DNA of 64,000 nucleotides, taken from Guillardia theta CCMP2712. Taxonomy: Eukaryota > Protista > Cryptophyta. Under the pieces are notes generated by a model that was not told the origin of the DNA, did not search any database, and saw only the letters and a program-made list of their open reading frames with translations. A program made the translations under genes and the position numbers. The stretch is from contig NW_005434662.1 in the NCBI RefSeq assembly GCF_000315625.1, forward strand, positions 643,479-707,478, in the 5' to 3' direction. This document shows positions 12,903-27,100 of the stretch, one piece after another. Each line of letters opens with the position of its first letter. Positions within the stretch are counted from its first letter, which is position 1.

Positions 12903-13837
12903 ATGGCATCTGCCATCGGCCTCTCACCAAGTCGAAAGCGCGGTGCAGAAGCGCTGGGCAAAGATGCAACGGTTCGTCAACAAGGGAGATTGTTCTATCT
13001 CACTCATGGTTGAAACAGGACGCCGAGAAAAGAAAACGATTCCTGTCAAAACTTGAAGCTCTGGAGAATCGATCGCTGGAAGTGCCTACCAAACCAAGTC
13101 CCTGTGCGACTGAGGCTCAAGTACCACAGAGCTCAGCTTCCGCATCTGCAACTGTTACTGCACACCTTGACTTGGAGATGCCAGCTAAATCTAATGGCCA
13201 GACACAAGACTGCAGGAAAGGCAATCATGCTGGCTCAACCAAAGTTGACAAGCTCCCCGGGAGCGCTAAAGTTTCCGGGAAAGTTCATTCTCGACCTGAC
13301 GTTCCCATTGCCTTGAACAGCAGTTTAGATCGCAGTTTAGAGCGTGGGAGGCGTCAAGAAGCTCGTGGTAGCACAGGAAGTTCGGGCAACGAGCTTCGTG
13401 AAAACCTCCTCTCCCCCGATCCATCAGGTGCTAGAAGAGTGATGGTTGCTAATGACCTGATGGCCTGTGACGTAGATCCCCGTGGCTCTCGACAGGGACG
13501 TGCAATCTTAATTGCTCTAATAAGCTTGATTTTGGGCATCTGCGCTTTAGCCTTATTCCTGATCCAACCAAACACCTCGAACGCGAACGTGTTGTCTTCC
13601 AAGAGCGAAGCTGGAAACAGTCCTGGTACAGCAGGACTGGTGGCCGTGGATACGAAACAGTGCAAAGATTCAGTTTGTATTCGCGCGAATGCCAAAGAAG
13701 ACCAGCCTTCCTCTCACAAGAAATCTCCTCTCGCCCAGGCACTCAACGGCTTCAAGACTGTTGCGTCTAAAATTGCAACACAAATTGAGCATACCGAAGA
13801 CCTCGAAATCAAGGAGAGGTGGGCACTGGATGATTGA
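12903..13837 (+). CDS. Single-pass membrane protein of unknown function (one 47-nt intron, 12972..13018)
   Basis: ATG 12903 gives MASAIGLSPSRKRGAEALGKDAT; the intron GTTCGT..AAACAG joins it in frame to DAEKRKRFLSKLEALE. One hydrophobic segment, AILIALISLILGICALALFLI. Confidence 0.7.
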
Positions 13838-14111
13838 CGAAATGGATGTGTCGAACGTTTGAGTGTATGTATATATCGTTTTGGAAACTGAAATCTGCCC
13901 AAAAAATAGCTAATGAGACATGAATGAATACTGCTTTAATGTCGAATAAAGGTTACTCAGCGAGTGATAACTATACAAAGTGAAGAGGGATGTCGAGAAA
14001 GTTTTCGGGAAATGAATAAACTGATTGCCTGCTGAAATTCAAAGCTTTGTCCCCACCGGGCTTACTAAACCCAGACTTTGATCCAGCCAGTTCAAAACGA
14101 GTGCAGATGAA

Positions 14112-14705
14112 TCAAACGTTCATATACAGCGCCAACACGTCCACCACTCCCAGAATCACAAATATTGAGGCAGCCCACGATATTCCATAAGTGTAGTATA
14201 CGAACATTGTGACTGAGACAGTAACTATCGGTCCAGAAACAAGCCAAACAAGCCAGTCTGATGTTGCCCAGCGCCCCTCTGCGTTCGAACTATCGAAGAA
14301 GGAATCCTGTATTTCATCGCTCTCATCCGATGTTGGATGCGTTTCATTTCTACTCAATGGAGCAGACGCAGTTGCATTTGCCTGTGAGCTGTCCTGTGAC
14401 TGCAATTTCGCGAGTCGCAGCATCGCTTGATGTTTAATCATCGGCTTATGATTCACCGAGGTTGAGTTCTTCTTGGCACCTAGCGCGACCACTCGTTGTG
14501 CAAAGTTCGCTAAGGCTTGTAGACCTCCTCCTTTTGTTCTCGAAGCGTCTATGTTCACGTTGCCGGTCCCAACCTTGTATAGTAGCTTTTCTGATCGATT
14601 GTACTCCACCGAATCAAAAATGCAAGAAGCCGCCACCACGCAAAGAGCGAATACCACAAATGTGGACATCACTTTCGCTATGTTTTTCCTCCTGCTATGG
14701 ATCAA
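14112..14705 (-). CDS. Small membrane protein (N-terminal hydrophobic segment plus two C-terminal TM helices)
   Basis: 197-aa ORF, first ATG at 14669. Hydrophobic stretches FVVFALCVVAASCIF, WLVWLVSGPIVTVSVTMFVYY and ISWAASIFVILGVVDVLALYM. Confidence 0.65.
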   Translation of the reverse strand: MIHSRRKNIAKVMSTFVVFALCVVAASCIFDSVEYNRSEKLLYKVGTGNVNIDASRTKGGGLQALANFAQRVVALGAKKNSTSVNHKPMIKHQAMLRLAKLQSQDSSQANATASAPLSRNETHPTSDESDEIQDSFFDSSNAEGRWATSDWLVWLVSGPIVTVSVTMFVYYTYGISWAASIFVILGVVDVLALYMNV

Positions 14706-15196
14706 TGCGAGTCAGAACCAAAAATTGAACGAACACGTCTCGGCGCAAGCAAGTCACGGCAGCTAGCAACGAGCACTGCAGGGATGGGAGGGGAGGAAGT
14801 GAGCCCATGAGAGAGGGTTGATGGAAGACATCAAGGTAGCAAGCAACGTCATCTCGCGCTGCTAATCAGTGTTCCACACGCAACCATCTTCTGCACACCT
14901 GGCCATCATCGAAGACATCTCTATCCCGCAACCTGCTTCCATATCGCCCCCGTCCATGCTTTTTGTTCTATTTCAGGGAGCAACGTTCAGAGGTTTGCTG
15001 ACTTGAGACCGCAGACGATGGGTGACCAGAGACACATCCGGGGCGGGCCCACAGTCAGAATTGCCCGTTACTTCCAATTTGACTCGAGTAACCGCCAGAC
15101 CCCCAGACGTCAAGCGGCATGTCCGAGAGGCATGGCATGGGAAGGGGAGTGGCTGCGGGTACCTCGGGAAGGTAGGCAGACATTCCTTGCTGGGAG

Positions 15197-18100
15197 ATGG
15201 CGCGAAGTCGCTGGATCTGGAGGATCCTAGTGGCGGCTTGCGCTGCTTGCTCCCTGGTGTCTGGAGTGGAGGACCCTTGCCAGGGCACAGATCGATGGTG
15301 AGTGAGAGCGAGCGAGAAGGAGCATGGAAATGCGATCTCTCTGATGTACTTACAGGTCCAAACTGATCGCAGTACAAAGAGTTGGGCCTCAGATTCGCCT
15401 GGTGATCTTTGATGCAAGGACTGGTGAGTGGAGGGTGGCTCGGAGCTTGTAGTAGCGTTCTCACTTTGTTCCTTTATCAGGCGGTTCTGAGACCCTCAAC
15501 GTCGCTGAGAAGATCTCTTGTGACTGGTCATCATCCCTTGCGATAGACAGCACAGAGAACAGGCTGTACATCCAAACCGCAAACAACCTGAGCTCGTTGG
15601 ATGTGACTGCGTTGACATCTACGACGATTCGGCTTCAAGGCCCAAATGACTATGCCAATGGCTTGTGGAACTTGGCGTTCTGGGAAGGCGGTGGATACCT
15701 GGTAGCAATGCTACCCAACAGAAACACAACGGGGATTATCAAAGTCGATCCGAACGAAGGTATTGTTCAGGAGTTGCATACGGTACGGGGAACACCAATC
15801 AAAGGACTGTTTTGCTTGAGCAGATTCGAGGGATCATATTACTTTGTCATTCGCAATGTATCACAAAGTCTTTTGTGTAAGGTTGACCTGTATGGAGGGA
15901 CTGCTGAAGGGTGGTCAGAAGACGCGTTCAAGGACCTTGTATCGATACATTGGGATGGGAACGATGCTCTGGTTGGAATCTTCTTGAATAACAACAGCAA
16001 AGCAGCCCTGTTACGCAAAATCCATTTCAACTCACGACTGATCAGCGACATTGTTGACGTACAAAACATCATGAGCAGGGACAGCTTTGCTTTGCTTGAT
16101 AATCAGCACCTGGCAGATTCCCAGGTGATTCTGCCAAGTCCGGCAGGTCCTTGGATCATTTCGAGAAATTCCATGTCTCGAAGTCTTGGCTTGTTTCAGA
16201 TCTGCCAGAGGAAGTTTGTGAGCCTGGAGTCCCAGTCAGCCATCGGCATGGTGGTCTGGTATCCAGCGGTTGCACAAGTGAATTCAAGTGACATGTACAT
16301 AATGGGGAACCTGTCAACGACTGTCTACGGCCTGAACTTCGGCCTGCGATCGACCACACAGCGCTTTCAGATGGAGGGTGTCGTCCGACCCGCAGTCTGG
16401 GTATCAGACTCAGCCATCCAAGTGACAGTCGGATCGACAGACTTTACGGGGAGAGAGAGGGGGGTCCTGGAGATCAGGAATGATAACATCGACCTGACTG
16501 TCATCTATCGCGATTACTGGAAGGATATGATGCCCTCCGACGGATTGCTACTGGTCCAGGAGGGCGTTCCGACCAAGGTGTCAATTTACGGCCTCTTCAA
16601 CCTGTCGAAGAGGTACTTCTGCCAGTGGAACTTGACAAACTTCTGTCACATCAACGAGGGTTGTTGCTACGATGTGGCACAGACGAGGCCGCTGTCGATC
16701 CATGAGATCACCTGCAACCTTCCCAGCTCGTTCGGTCAAGGCAGCTGCGATGGTTTCTCCTGCGTCAGGAGGATCCCGTTCAAGCTAGTGGACGAGTTCG
16801 ACTCGGAGGTCCCCTGCTCTGCAGGGTCTCAGTGCGTGCAAGGCTTCACCATCCATCCAGCTGCGGCTGTCCGTCTGCACTTGATCCAATCGACAGCCGT
16901 TGCAACAGCTGGGAAGGTGCTGGACCCGCCCTTCAGCGTGACCGTCGTTGATGAACACCTCAACACAGTCCCCACCGTTCAGGGCCAGGTCAGGGTGAAG
17001 TGCTACCAGCAGTGCATGACTGGGGGTGAGATCAAGATGGCTGGGAACATCACCGTCGAGATCTACCGGGGGACGGCTCTGTTCACTGACCTGGCGATCG
17101 AGACGGCTGGTAATCTGATGCTCCTCTTCGAGGCCGAGGGTCTTTCAGTGCTCCCCGTGCGCTTCAACATCACCGTCTTCCCGGCGGAGGCCGACCACCT
17201 GACCGTTGATGTTCAGCCACACCAGACCATCGCAGGCTCGCCCATGCTGGTCCAGCCGACAGTGCACATCCTGGACAAGTACGACAACGTGGTGAGGGAA
17301 GGTCAGCACTTGGTCCGCGCGCATCTCATCCAGGAGACGTACACCTTCGACACTCCACCCAACGTCACCACCTGCCAAGACCTCCAGGGAATTGCGCAGA
17401 ACTCCAAGTGCTTCCAGTTCTGCACAGGCAGCAACAGGATCGAAGACGCCGTGCTGGGCAACAGCTCAGTGCTCTCGAGCGGCGGGGTGGTTGCCTTCAC
17501 CGACCTCTCCATCACGGCAGGGACGTCGCGACCGATTCGGCTCCACTTTGCCTCCGATGGACTCCTGGCCACGACCTCTGACGCGCTCAACATCTCTCAC
17601 TCGAACTTGTCCCACATCTGCACTTGTCGAGGCCTTCATCCCTCGTACGTGAGCATGGTTGACATGGACATACCGCTTGTGTACCTGCTTGACAGCTGGA
17701 ACAACATCTTGACGCATCCTCGGGGCCCAATCTCTGTGCGGGCCAGCCTTCACGAGAATGCAACGTGCCAGAACTTTACTGCTGGTGGTCATCTCTTCGG
17801 CATGGCGGAGGCTGGGCCCGAGCTGGGAGTTGTGACCTTCAGCAACCTGCAGGTGAACACGGTCAGCGAGTGGTACTTCATGAGGTTCGAAGACGAGGGT
17901 CAGTTGACCTCGATCACATCCGACACCTTTGCTGTCCGGGTTGGGGTACCTCACCACCTCTCTATCACCCAGCAGCCGTCCGACGGTGTCGCCATGCAGC
18001 CCCTGCCGCGTCAACCTGTCGTGCACGTGCTCGATGCCGGCAACAACACGGTCCCGCAGCAGCTCCTAGTCAACATCTCTCTCCAGCACTCGGGGGGGTA

Positions 18101-21100
18101 CGCTCTCCTGCCCAACGTGTCGCTCCACCATTGGGAAGGAGAGCATCTCTTCGGCAGCACCTCCGTCCTCTCCCAGCGGGGTGTGGTCACCCTCACCGAC
18201 CTCTACATCTCGCTCGCAGCCATGGACTTCCAGCTGATCTTCACCTCCTCCTGCTGCCTTCAGGCGGAGAGCGACGCCTTCGAGATCGTCTTCGGCCCGG
18301 CATGGCGCTTGGCAGTGGCGGTTCAGCCTGGGAACGGCAGCGGGGGCCTCCCTCTCGAGTCCCAGCCTCAGGTTGACGTGCTGGACCAGGGAGGAAACAG
18401 AGTCTTCAACTCTAGCGCGACCGTCGTTGCTCTTCTGACGTTCAACCTGACGGCTGAGGAGGCCGAGGCGCTGTCGTGGAACCGCTCTGGATCGTGCGCG
18501 GAGCAGCTGGAGTGGATGGTAGGCAACGCCTCGGTTGTGTCCAGCAGCGGCCGAGCTAACTTCACCAACGTCGGGGGGATGCGAGCTGAGAAAGGATACA
18601 GGTTCTTCTTCTGCTCCGTTGAGCTGTACGGGGCCTTCAGTGAGCCCTTCGATGTGCTGGTCGGGCAAGTCTTCGCCCTCAAGTTCTTCGTCGGAGTCTC
18701 CGACGTCGTCGCAGCTGAGCCGCCGGCCCGGCCAGCCCGGGTCTGCCTGGTGGACCGAGGGGAGAACATCGTGCTTAGCAGCTCAATCGAGAAGATCGAG
18801 GTGGTCCTAGTGTCTTCCCAACTCAGCTGGACTGTGAACGTCTTGTCCGCCTGCATCTCTACAGCTGGGGTCCTGATCAACAAGGCAGGCACCTACCGGC
18901 TCGCCTTCTCCCTCCCCGTGAGCGAGCAAGGGAAGGCGGAGAACTCTAGCCTCCTGCTCGTCAGCGACTCGTTCCGCGTGCTGGTCGGGGCTCCCTTCGC
19001 TCTCTTCCTGCAGGATGCGATCAACTTCACAGAGATCATCGCCGGGCACGCGTACGACCGCTCCCTCCTCGTCTCCGTACTGGACAAGGGAGGGAACGTG
19101 GTGACCAACTACTCGAACCCTCTGCAAGTTTCTCTCCAAGACGGCAACGAGACGGTCGCCAACACCTCCCTCTCCTTCTCTCTCGCTTACGCCGACGGGA
19201 CTTTTACCATCTCCAACCTCACGACTTGCCTCATCGGAAGTCGCTTCTCCCTCCTCCTCACCTCGGGCGAGCTTCCCCACCTCCGCACCGCTCTTTTCGT
19301 CTCCCGATCAGGTGAGATCGCAGACATGAGGATCGTCTCGCAGACGACTTCGGCCGTGGCTGGGACGCTGTTCTCCCCCATCAACTCCATCGAGATCATC
19401 GACAAGTGCGGCAACCGGGCCTTCGGCTTTGCGGACGGGGAGAGGGCCCTGGTCGAGCTTGTCAACGCCTCCTCCTCCGTCCGTTTGTACGGGATCAACT
19501 CCTCCTTCCTCCAAGACGGAGTCGTCCAGTTCAGCGAGCTCATGATGACGAAGGCAGGTCAGTCCTACTTTCTGCGCTTCGTTATCCCGGAGCTCTTCAA
19601 CGTTCCCCTTTCCATCCTCAGCCTTCCGCTGGTCGTCCATCCCAACACAGCAAGCAGCATCTTCGCGTCCACGACAGGGGAGGGCCTCTTCAAGGTCGAC
19701 GAGCCGCTCGGCTTCCTGAGCGTGCAGGTGCTGGACAAGTACAAGAACGAAGTAGAGGCCGGGAAGGAGCACAACATCAGTGTCGAGCTGCTGTCCATCA
19801 GCTCCAAGACGATAACCAAGGACTGTGTCGGCTACATGGCATGTGACGTGGAGATCGACGTGGTCGAGCAGGACTTCGTAGCTTTCGCCTTCCTCTCCGT
19901 CTCCCTCACCTGCACAGACTTCGATCACAAAACAGAGTTCGTGAGGCTCTACGGGGTGGGAAACGAGCCGGTCATTCTAGACGGAGAGAGTGAAATGTGC
20001 ATGGGAAGGTAAGACCTCCCTGCTGTGCCTCTTGCTCGTTCTGACTTCTCCTCTCCTCTCCTCTCCCCTCCTCTCCCCTCCTCTCCTCTCCCCTCCTCTC
20101 CTCTCCTCTCCTCTCCTCTCTTCTCCCTTCCACTCTCCTCTCCTCTCCTCCTCTCTCTTCTCCCTTCCACTCTCCTCTCCTCTCCTCCCCTCTCCTCTCT
20201 TCTCCCTTCCACTCTCCTCTCCTCTCCTCTCCTCTTCTTTCTTCTTCCTTTCCCTTCCTTTACTTGCCTCCTCTGCCCTCTCGTTCCCCTGCAGCTGTGC
20301 GCGGACTGAGACTGTCCTCCACCGCCTCGACGTCACTCAACTGGCGCGGGGAGGGAAACTTTCCCTGAGCCTGCAGGCGACAGAGGAGGTCAACTACTAC
20401 CCGTGCGACGGCAACTTCGTTATCGCTACCTTCGAGCTCATCCTCTTCCTCGGCACCCCCTCCCCCTCCTTCGGTACCCAGCATGTGCTGGTTCAGACCC
20501 ACCGCAGCCTCGAGGACTTGTCGATCCTCACGACAACGGGAGACTACCTCCTCCTCTTCCAGGACGTCGACCGGAACCTGTCCTTCCACTTCGTCAACTT
20601 CACGCTGCTACCCGGGAATGCGGTCAGACTCCAGAGCGTCCGGTCCCCTGCTGGAGGGAGAGGAGGGGAGCTGCTAGACCCGCAGCCTATCGTGCATGTG
20701 GAGGACGCGGGTGGGAACCTGATCTCGGAGGCGACTGTCAATGTTTCTGCCTCCCTCATTCAGGCGTCTCAGGGGAATCTGTCCTCCAGCCTGCGGGGCG
20801 GTACTGTGCTCCACTCCCAGCTGGGAGTGGCTGCCTTTACCGACCTCCTTGTCCTCCTCGCCCCGGACACGTACAAGCTTCTCTTCTCCGCCCAGGGTCT
20901 GGCGACGGTTGCGAGCGGCTCCTTCAACGTTACCATCGGCCCCCCGCGTTTAGTCTCCATCCTCACCATGCCCTCTTCCATCGTCAGCGGCGAGACCTTT
21001 GCTCCTGTCCCTGTCGCCCAGCTGGCTGACCTGGGACGGAACTTCGTGGAGGAGGAGAACGTCCTTATAACGGCTGACATCGCCGCCAACGGAGGAGTCG

Positions 21101-24100
21101 ACGGGGAGCTGGTGGGCGAGACAACGAGGGGGACCAACGCTAGCGGAACTGCGACGTTCGGCGCTATTACCATCCACAAGGCAGGGGAAGGCTACTCGCT
21201 ATCCTTCCGCTTCCCCTCCGTCGTCTCCCCCGAGTCCTCCACTTTCTTCAACGTCACCGCGGGGACGGCAGACAGGTTGAGGATGCGCATCCAGCCAGTC
21301 GGAGGGGATGCGGGAGTCGCACTGAACCCTCAGCCGAGCCTTGAGGTAACGGACAGCTACGGCAACGTGGTGAGAGAGACGATCGGGGGGCTGACAGTCC
21401 AGCTGCTCCCTACCTCAGGGATCTTCACCCGGCCAGATGGGGACGAGAGGTTCGAGGGGACGGGCTATGTGCAGGATGAAGAAGGGGTTATCCACTTGTA
21501 CAACCTGACGGTCAAGGTGGCGGGGGGAGGCTTCCGCTTCCGCTTCGGAAGTGCTGTGCTAGCGAGCGCAGACAGCAACGAGTTCGCGGTGAGGAGCACG
21601 GCAGACATGCTCGTGCTGAGCGGGAGGGCGCTGGTGAGCGGGAGGACGACGGAGACGTTTGGCAACTCGAGCATACGCACGCTCCTACTGGCGCTGGCTT
21701 CCGTGGGGCAGGTGGACCCGACGAGCATCGAGGTGCTGGGGGTGGTGGACCTGAAGCTGCGGAGGAGGAGGCTGCTGGTTCCATCGGTGCAGGTCGCGTT
21801 CGAGATCTCTACTTTCGCTTCCCTCCCTGCCCTGACCCTCAACGCGGTCAATGGCTACCTGGCCCAGCACAACAGCTCCTTCCTCCTCCTCCAGCTCGAT
21901 ATCTTCGTCAAGCCCGCGTCCCTAGACTCGTGGCAGGGGCTGTGGGTGGCCGCGCCCAACGTCTCAGCGGGGGTCAAGGAGGAGCGCTCAACCTCCTCGC
22001 TCTCTCTCTTCCTCCAGTCGTTCCGCTCGCACCCTCCCCTCAGCTGCCAGGGAAGGCCGCAGGACAGCAACCAAGTCAGCATGTTCTGCTATGATGCAGA
22101 GCAGAGCCTCTTCGGTGCCGTCTCGCTCATCAGGAGCGGAAAGTCGATGCAGGGCATCATCTCGAGCAAGCACCTCCTCTCCCAGCAGTTCACCGGAGTT
22201 CAGCACATCAACTCCTTCCTCTTCAGCGACGTCAACGGGCCCGTGCGCGCAGTCGTCCTCTCGTCCTCCTTCCGAGACTCGCCCGGCAACGCCCCGTCCC
22301 CGCTCCTCTCCATCTCCCTCGTCGACGGCCAGCTGAATTACACCAAACTCCACGACCTCTACACGGAGGGCGCGGTGGCCTCGAAGCATCTGAGTATCTT
22401 CGGCAAGGACTACCTCTTCTTTGCGAACCACTTCGACTTCTACATGCAGAGCTACGTCACCTGCTCCTTCATCTACACCTACGAGAGGTACCTCGGCAGC
22501 TGGAGGAGAGCTGGGCAGGTGGTGACGTTCGGCGCGTCGGCGGTTGAGGCCTTCCAGCTGGACGGGGAAAGCTACGTGACGATAGCAAACTTCTACAATG
22601 GGAGCGACTACGAGCTGCCGTCGAGCATCTACCGCATCTCCTTCTTCAACGCCGAGCAGGTTGAAGACACCAACGTGCACCTGACGGCCGTCCAGACCCT
22701 CCAGACCAACGGGGCCCGGGACGTGAAGAAGTTTGAGAGGGGACAGCACCAGTACCTCGTCTTCACCTCCCAGATGGGAAACCGTGTCGACCTCTTGCTG
22801 TGGGACGGCGATCTGTTCCAGCCTCTTGCGCCCCTCGTCGTTGTCCAGCCCACCTTCATTGAGGTCTCCTCCTCCTCCTCCTCCGTTTTGGTAGCAATCG
22901 CGTCAGCGGCGGGAGGCGTGAGTGTGTTCAAGCTCGGAGCAGACCACAGTCTCGTGCTTCTGCAGAACGTCAGTTCTGACATCGTCAGCTCCCTCCGCTT
23001 CATCGACCTGCCCCAGTACCTCCCGCACATCCTGGGTTACAAGGCAGCGCATAAGTGTATCCTGTGGGCCTCCTCGCCGTACCAAGAAGAGCTTGGGATG
23101 ATTCGGATCTTCTGCAATGATGCCAGCAGCCCCGATCGCTTTTCCCTCACCCACGAGCTCCCCAGCTCGCACGCCACCGCCGTCTCCCTACTCGACTTCT
23201 CCACCGCCTCCTTCGACAGCTTCCTGCTCTCGGCCAGCGGGTGGAAGGGCAGCAACGCGCTGGAGTACTTCCACTTGGACTCTCTGACCATGGCGAGGGA
23301 GGCGGACAGGATCTCGAGCCCGTACCTAGACTCTTACGACCTTTTCCTGCAGAACTCCAGCTATCTCATCTCCTCCCAACTCTGGGACGGCAACCAGTTC
23401 GCCAAGATCGGCACCCTCCGATCAGCTTGTGTCCAGCTCAATTCCACTGCGGGTGACACCCTCACCACCAACGTCTCGAGCGTTGTGGATGAGAGTGGGG
23501 CCGTCGTCGTCCAGAACTTCTCCTTCCCCGTCACCTGCAAGCCCGTCACGCTGCAGTTTGCGCATCCCTTCCTTTTCTCCGACCCTAGCAGAGTCTTGAG
23601 CGTCATCCCCTACCCCGGAACCTCCGCGTCTCTGTCTTTCTGCGCTGACCTGACCGTCTCGAGCCTCAACTCAAGCGAGCTGCTTGCCCAGCTTGGCAGC
23701 CAATTGGACTTGACCGCTGAGACCGTTACGCCGTTCGACGCTCCTCCCAGCTCGCTCAGCTGCTTCCGCCTAACCTTCAGCAGCAACGACCAGCTCGTAA
23801 CTGCCATCAGCTACTCTCAGTCTCCGGCATTCGCAGCCCTCGGCCTCTCCAACTTCACCTACCAGCCGGCCGCCCCAGCTCACGGCTCCCTCCTCAGCCT
23901 CCTTGGCTGTTCCCAGCTGGAGGGAGGGCGGTGCCACGTTGTCACCAACGAGACTTTCTCCGCGGATCTAGAGCTCCGCGACTGCTTTCTCCATCCTCTC
24001 TCCTTCTCTCGAGGTCCTCTCCAGCCGCACGTGCAGTCGAAGCCCTCGGGAAGCTTCCTCGCCTCCTCTGCCGCCTTCACCAGCCCCAGCCCAGCTGCCT

Positions 24101-27100
24101 TGAAGTTTTCTCAGCTCATTGTAACCCGCAGCGGAAATTTCGAGCTGGACTTCTCCCTCCCCGGCTTCCTCAGCCTTTCAGCTCCTCTCTCCTCCGCCCT
24201 CCGCTCCTACTGGAACGACCAGCTGGGCGGGGCTCTACAGGGCTCCCTCTCACAGACAAGAGGCTCCTCCATTTCTTCCTGGAGGGAGGAAGTCCTGGTG
24301 CTCGGAGGAGGAGGAGGAGGAGTGACGGCCCAAGGAGCTCAGCTGCGCTTATTGAACACAGCCGACCTCAGCGTAAAGCTTGCAAACACAACAGGAACTC
24401 GACCTCCTCCTCTGGTGGGCCATGCTACCGTCGTCTGCCATGGCAGCCTGTGGGTACTGGGGGGGCGGAATGCTCAGACGGAGGAGCAGGAGGAGGCGCT
24501 CTACAGGCTGGACCTGCAGGAGATGAGCTGGACTAGCTTCAACGGGCAGGCCTGCAGGCCTGTCAACCTGGTCGATCCGCACCTCACATGCTCAGAGCGC
24601 TACCTGCTCACGCTGGTGAACCAGTCGCAGGTGAGTGGAGGGTGTGCAGGAGCAGGAGCAGCAGTGGGCGATGGGCCTGTGCTCCTGAGATACTCGTTCG
24701 TTCACGAGAGCTGGGGCATGCTGCAGTTGGCCTCGAACTTCCCAGCGTCCGCTCCTCCTCCGCTCCTCTTTGGGGATGCCAACCTGAGCTCTGCATACCT
24801 TGTCGACGGAGCAGATCGATTGTTCAAGGTCGACCTGGATGCGAACGTGACCACATACCTCAGCTCCATCTCACCAGGATCGCACATCCTCACGTCCTAC
24901 GACTGGGTGGCGGCTGAGAAGACACGGTTCCTGTTCGTCCTCCCCTCGGACTCCCCCAGCAGCCCTTCAGCCGTCAGGGTCCAGCTGCTGGACCTCTCCG
25001 ACGAGGCCAATCCCCTCTTCATCGACCTCCTCAACTCAGCCCGCTCTTTCCCCAACATGACAAGTGCCAGGCTCACTCTTCTCTCCCAGCATCGCTTCCT
25101 CCTCAAGGTTGACAGGAGCGGGCAGGACACCAGCACCCTCGTCCTCCTCTCCTTCTCCAAGAGCCTCCAGCTCCTCCTCCGGCCCCGAGGGCTCCCGGCC
25201 ACTGCCATGGTCGGCGACATCCTCCGCCTCGACCCCCTCGGGATCGCCGACCTTGGCGGCTCACTCAACACCCTTGACAACTCTACGGAGGTCAGGGTGT
25301 CAGTCCAGGGCCAGCTGGCCTCTGGCCTGCTGGCGGGCAGGACGGTAGTGAAGGCGGTGGGAGGACGGGCCTTGTTCACCGACCTCCGGGTAGTGACGCT
25401 GGTGAGTCGCTCCCCTCTCAGTCTCGTCTTCTCCTCCCCCGGGCTCCTGCCCTTCCGCACACCCCCCCTCGTCCTCCGCCCGGGCTCCGTCCGGAGCCTC
25501 CGGCTGTCGCAGGAGCCCCTGGGCGTCTTCGTGGGGGAGGCGTTCTACGAGCAGCCAAAGGTGGAGCTGCTGGACGAGGGAGGAAACGTCGTCGACTACG
25601 ATCGGTTCTCGCTTGTCACAGCCCAGCTGACGTCGAGCAACGGCTCGGTCATCGAGGAACTTGCTGGTACGGCGGCGGTGAAGGTTGAGAACGGAGTCGC
25701 GTCCTGGTCCGACCTCAAGATCCTTTCCGCCCCCTCCTCCCCATTCTTCCTCTCGTTCTACAGGCCTGGAGTCCCCCGGCTCCTCGTCCAGCTCAACTTC
25801 ACCTCCTTCTCCAGCACGTCCCTGCAGGTGGGGAACGTGACAAGCAAGGAGGTTGTGAGCGGAAAGCCCTTCATCCTCCTGGTCGAGAGGGTCATCCCGG
25901 AGGTCGGCAGCCGAGTCATCGGCAGCGACGACTCAACGCAGGTGACGGTCCAGCTGGTCGGGGATGAGGCGGCGAGTCTGGGAGGTCAAACGACAGTGAC
26001 GATGACGGGAGGAGTCGCGACTTTCTCGGACCTCGTTATTGACAAAGCAGGGCAGAACTACTCCTTCCTGGTCTCTGCCGCCTCCTCTGACGGGCAGGCG
26101 CTGACTGCCCGCTCTGCCCGCTTCGTCGTCCTCCCTGCTCAATACTTCCGCCTTTCCATCGTCGTTGAGGCAAACTCTGCCTATGGAGGAGAAGCTTTTG
26201 CTGTACAGCCTGAGATTGAGCTCCTCGACCTGCAGGTGAGCCCGCCCTGTCTTCCTCTTCTCCTGACTCTCCCTCTCCCCACACCTCCTCTCAATTCCTC
26301 CCTCCCCTTCCTCGTTCCACCAAGTCAAGATGCTCACGCGTGACCCTAGAACAATCGCGCCACCCTCGACGACCACACGCGAGTAGCCGTCGAGCTCGTG
26401 GCCGCGGATGGTGGAGGAGGGAAAATCTGCGGGAAGACGATCAGGACAGCCGAGCAGGGGCTGGTCAAATTCACAGACCTGGCGGTTGACCGGTCAGGGA
26501 GCTACACGCTTCGCTTCTCCGCCTCCTCCTACAACGAGACAGTCTGCTATTTCTCTCGACTCTCCTCCCCGGACGTCAACTGCTCCTGCAACTGCAGCGT
26601 GCAAGGCGCTCCCTTCGCCGTTGACGTCGGCGGGCCGTACAGGCTAGTGGTCCAGCGATCACCCTCCAACGGGACCGGGGGCACGGCGCTGCCCACCCAG
26701 CCTCAGGTGGGTGTGGTAGACAGGGGAGGAAACTACCTGCAGCAGGTGGCGCCGGACCTCAGCGTTTCAGCCTCCCTTGAGATCCCAAGGACGGACATCA
26801 GCGACTTTCTCGTCCTCCTCTCGTCCTTCCCGACGTCCTCCGTGCTCGGCATGCTCCACCTCCGGGTCCAACGTGACGACTACGTCGTCTTCGCCTCGTT
26901 CGAGGTGAAGAAATCTTGCCCTCTGCCCTCCTCTCCTCGTCCTCCTCCACTGCTCCTCGTGTGCTGCCCATCCTCGGACTTCATCCTCGGAGTACCTCCC
27001 GCACCTGCTCCCCTCCAGCACCTGTCTGTCTCTTGGACCTCTGCTCGTCCCCTCTCTTCCTCTCTTATCCTCTCTCTCCCTCTCCTATCCTCTCTCTTCC

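Noticed and set aside
19990-20294. Leu/Ser/Pro-rich 'signal-like' N-terminus of the 2117-aa ORF
   Set aside because: It is read-through of a CT-microsatellite intron (GT 20009 to AG 20294); the ORF is an internal exon of the giant gene.
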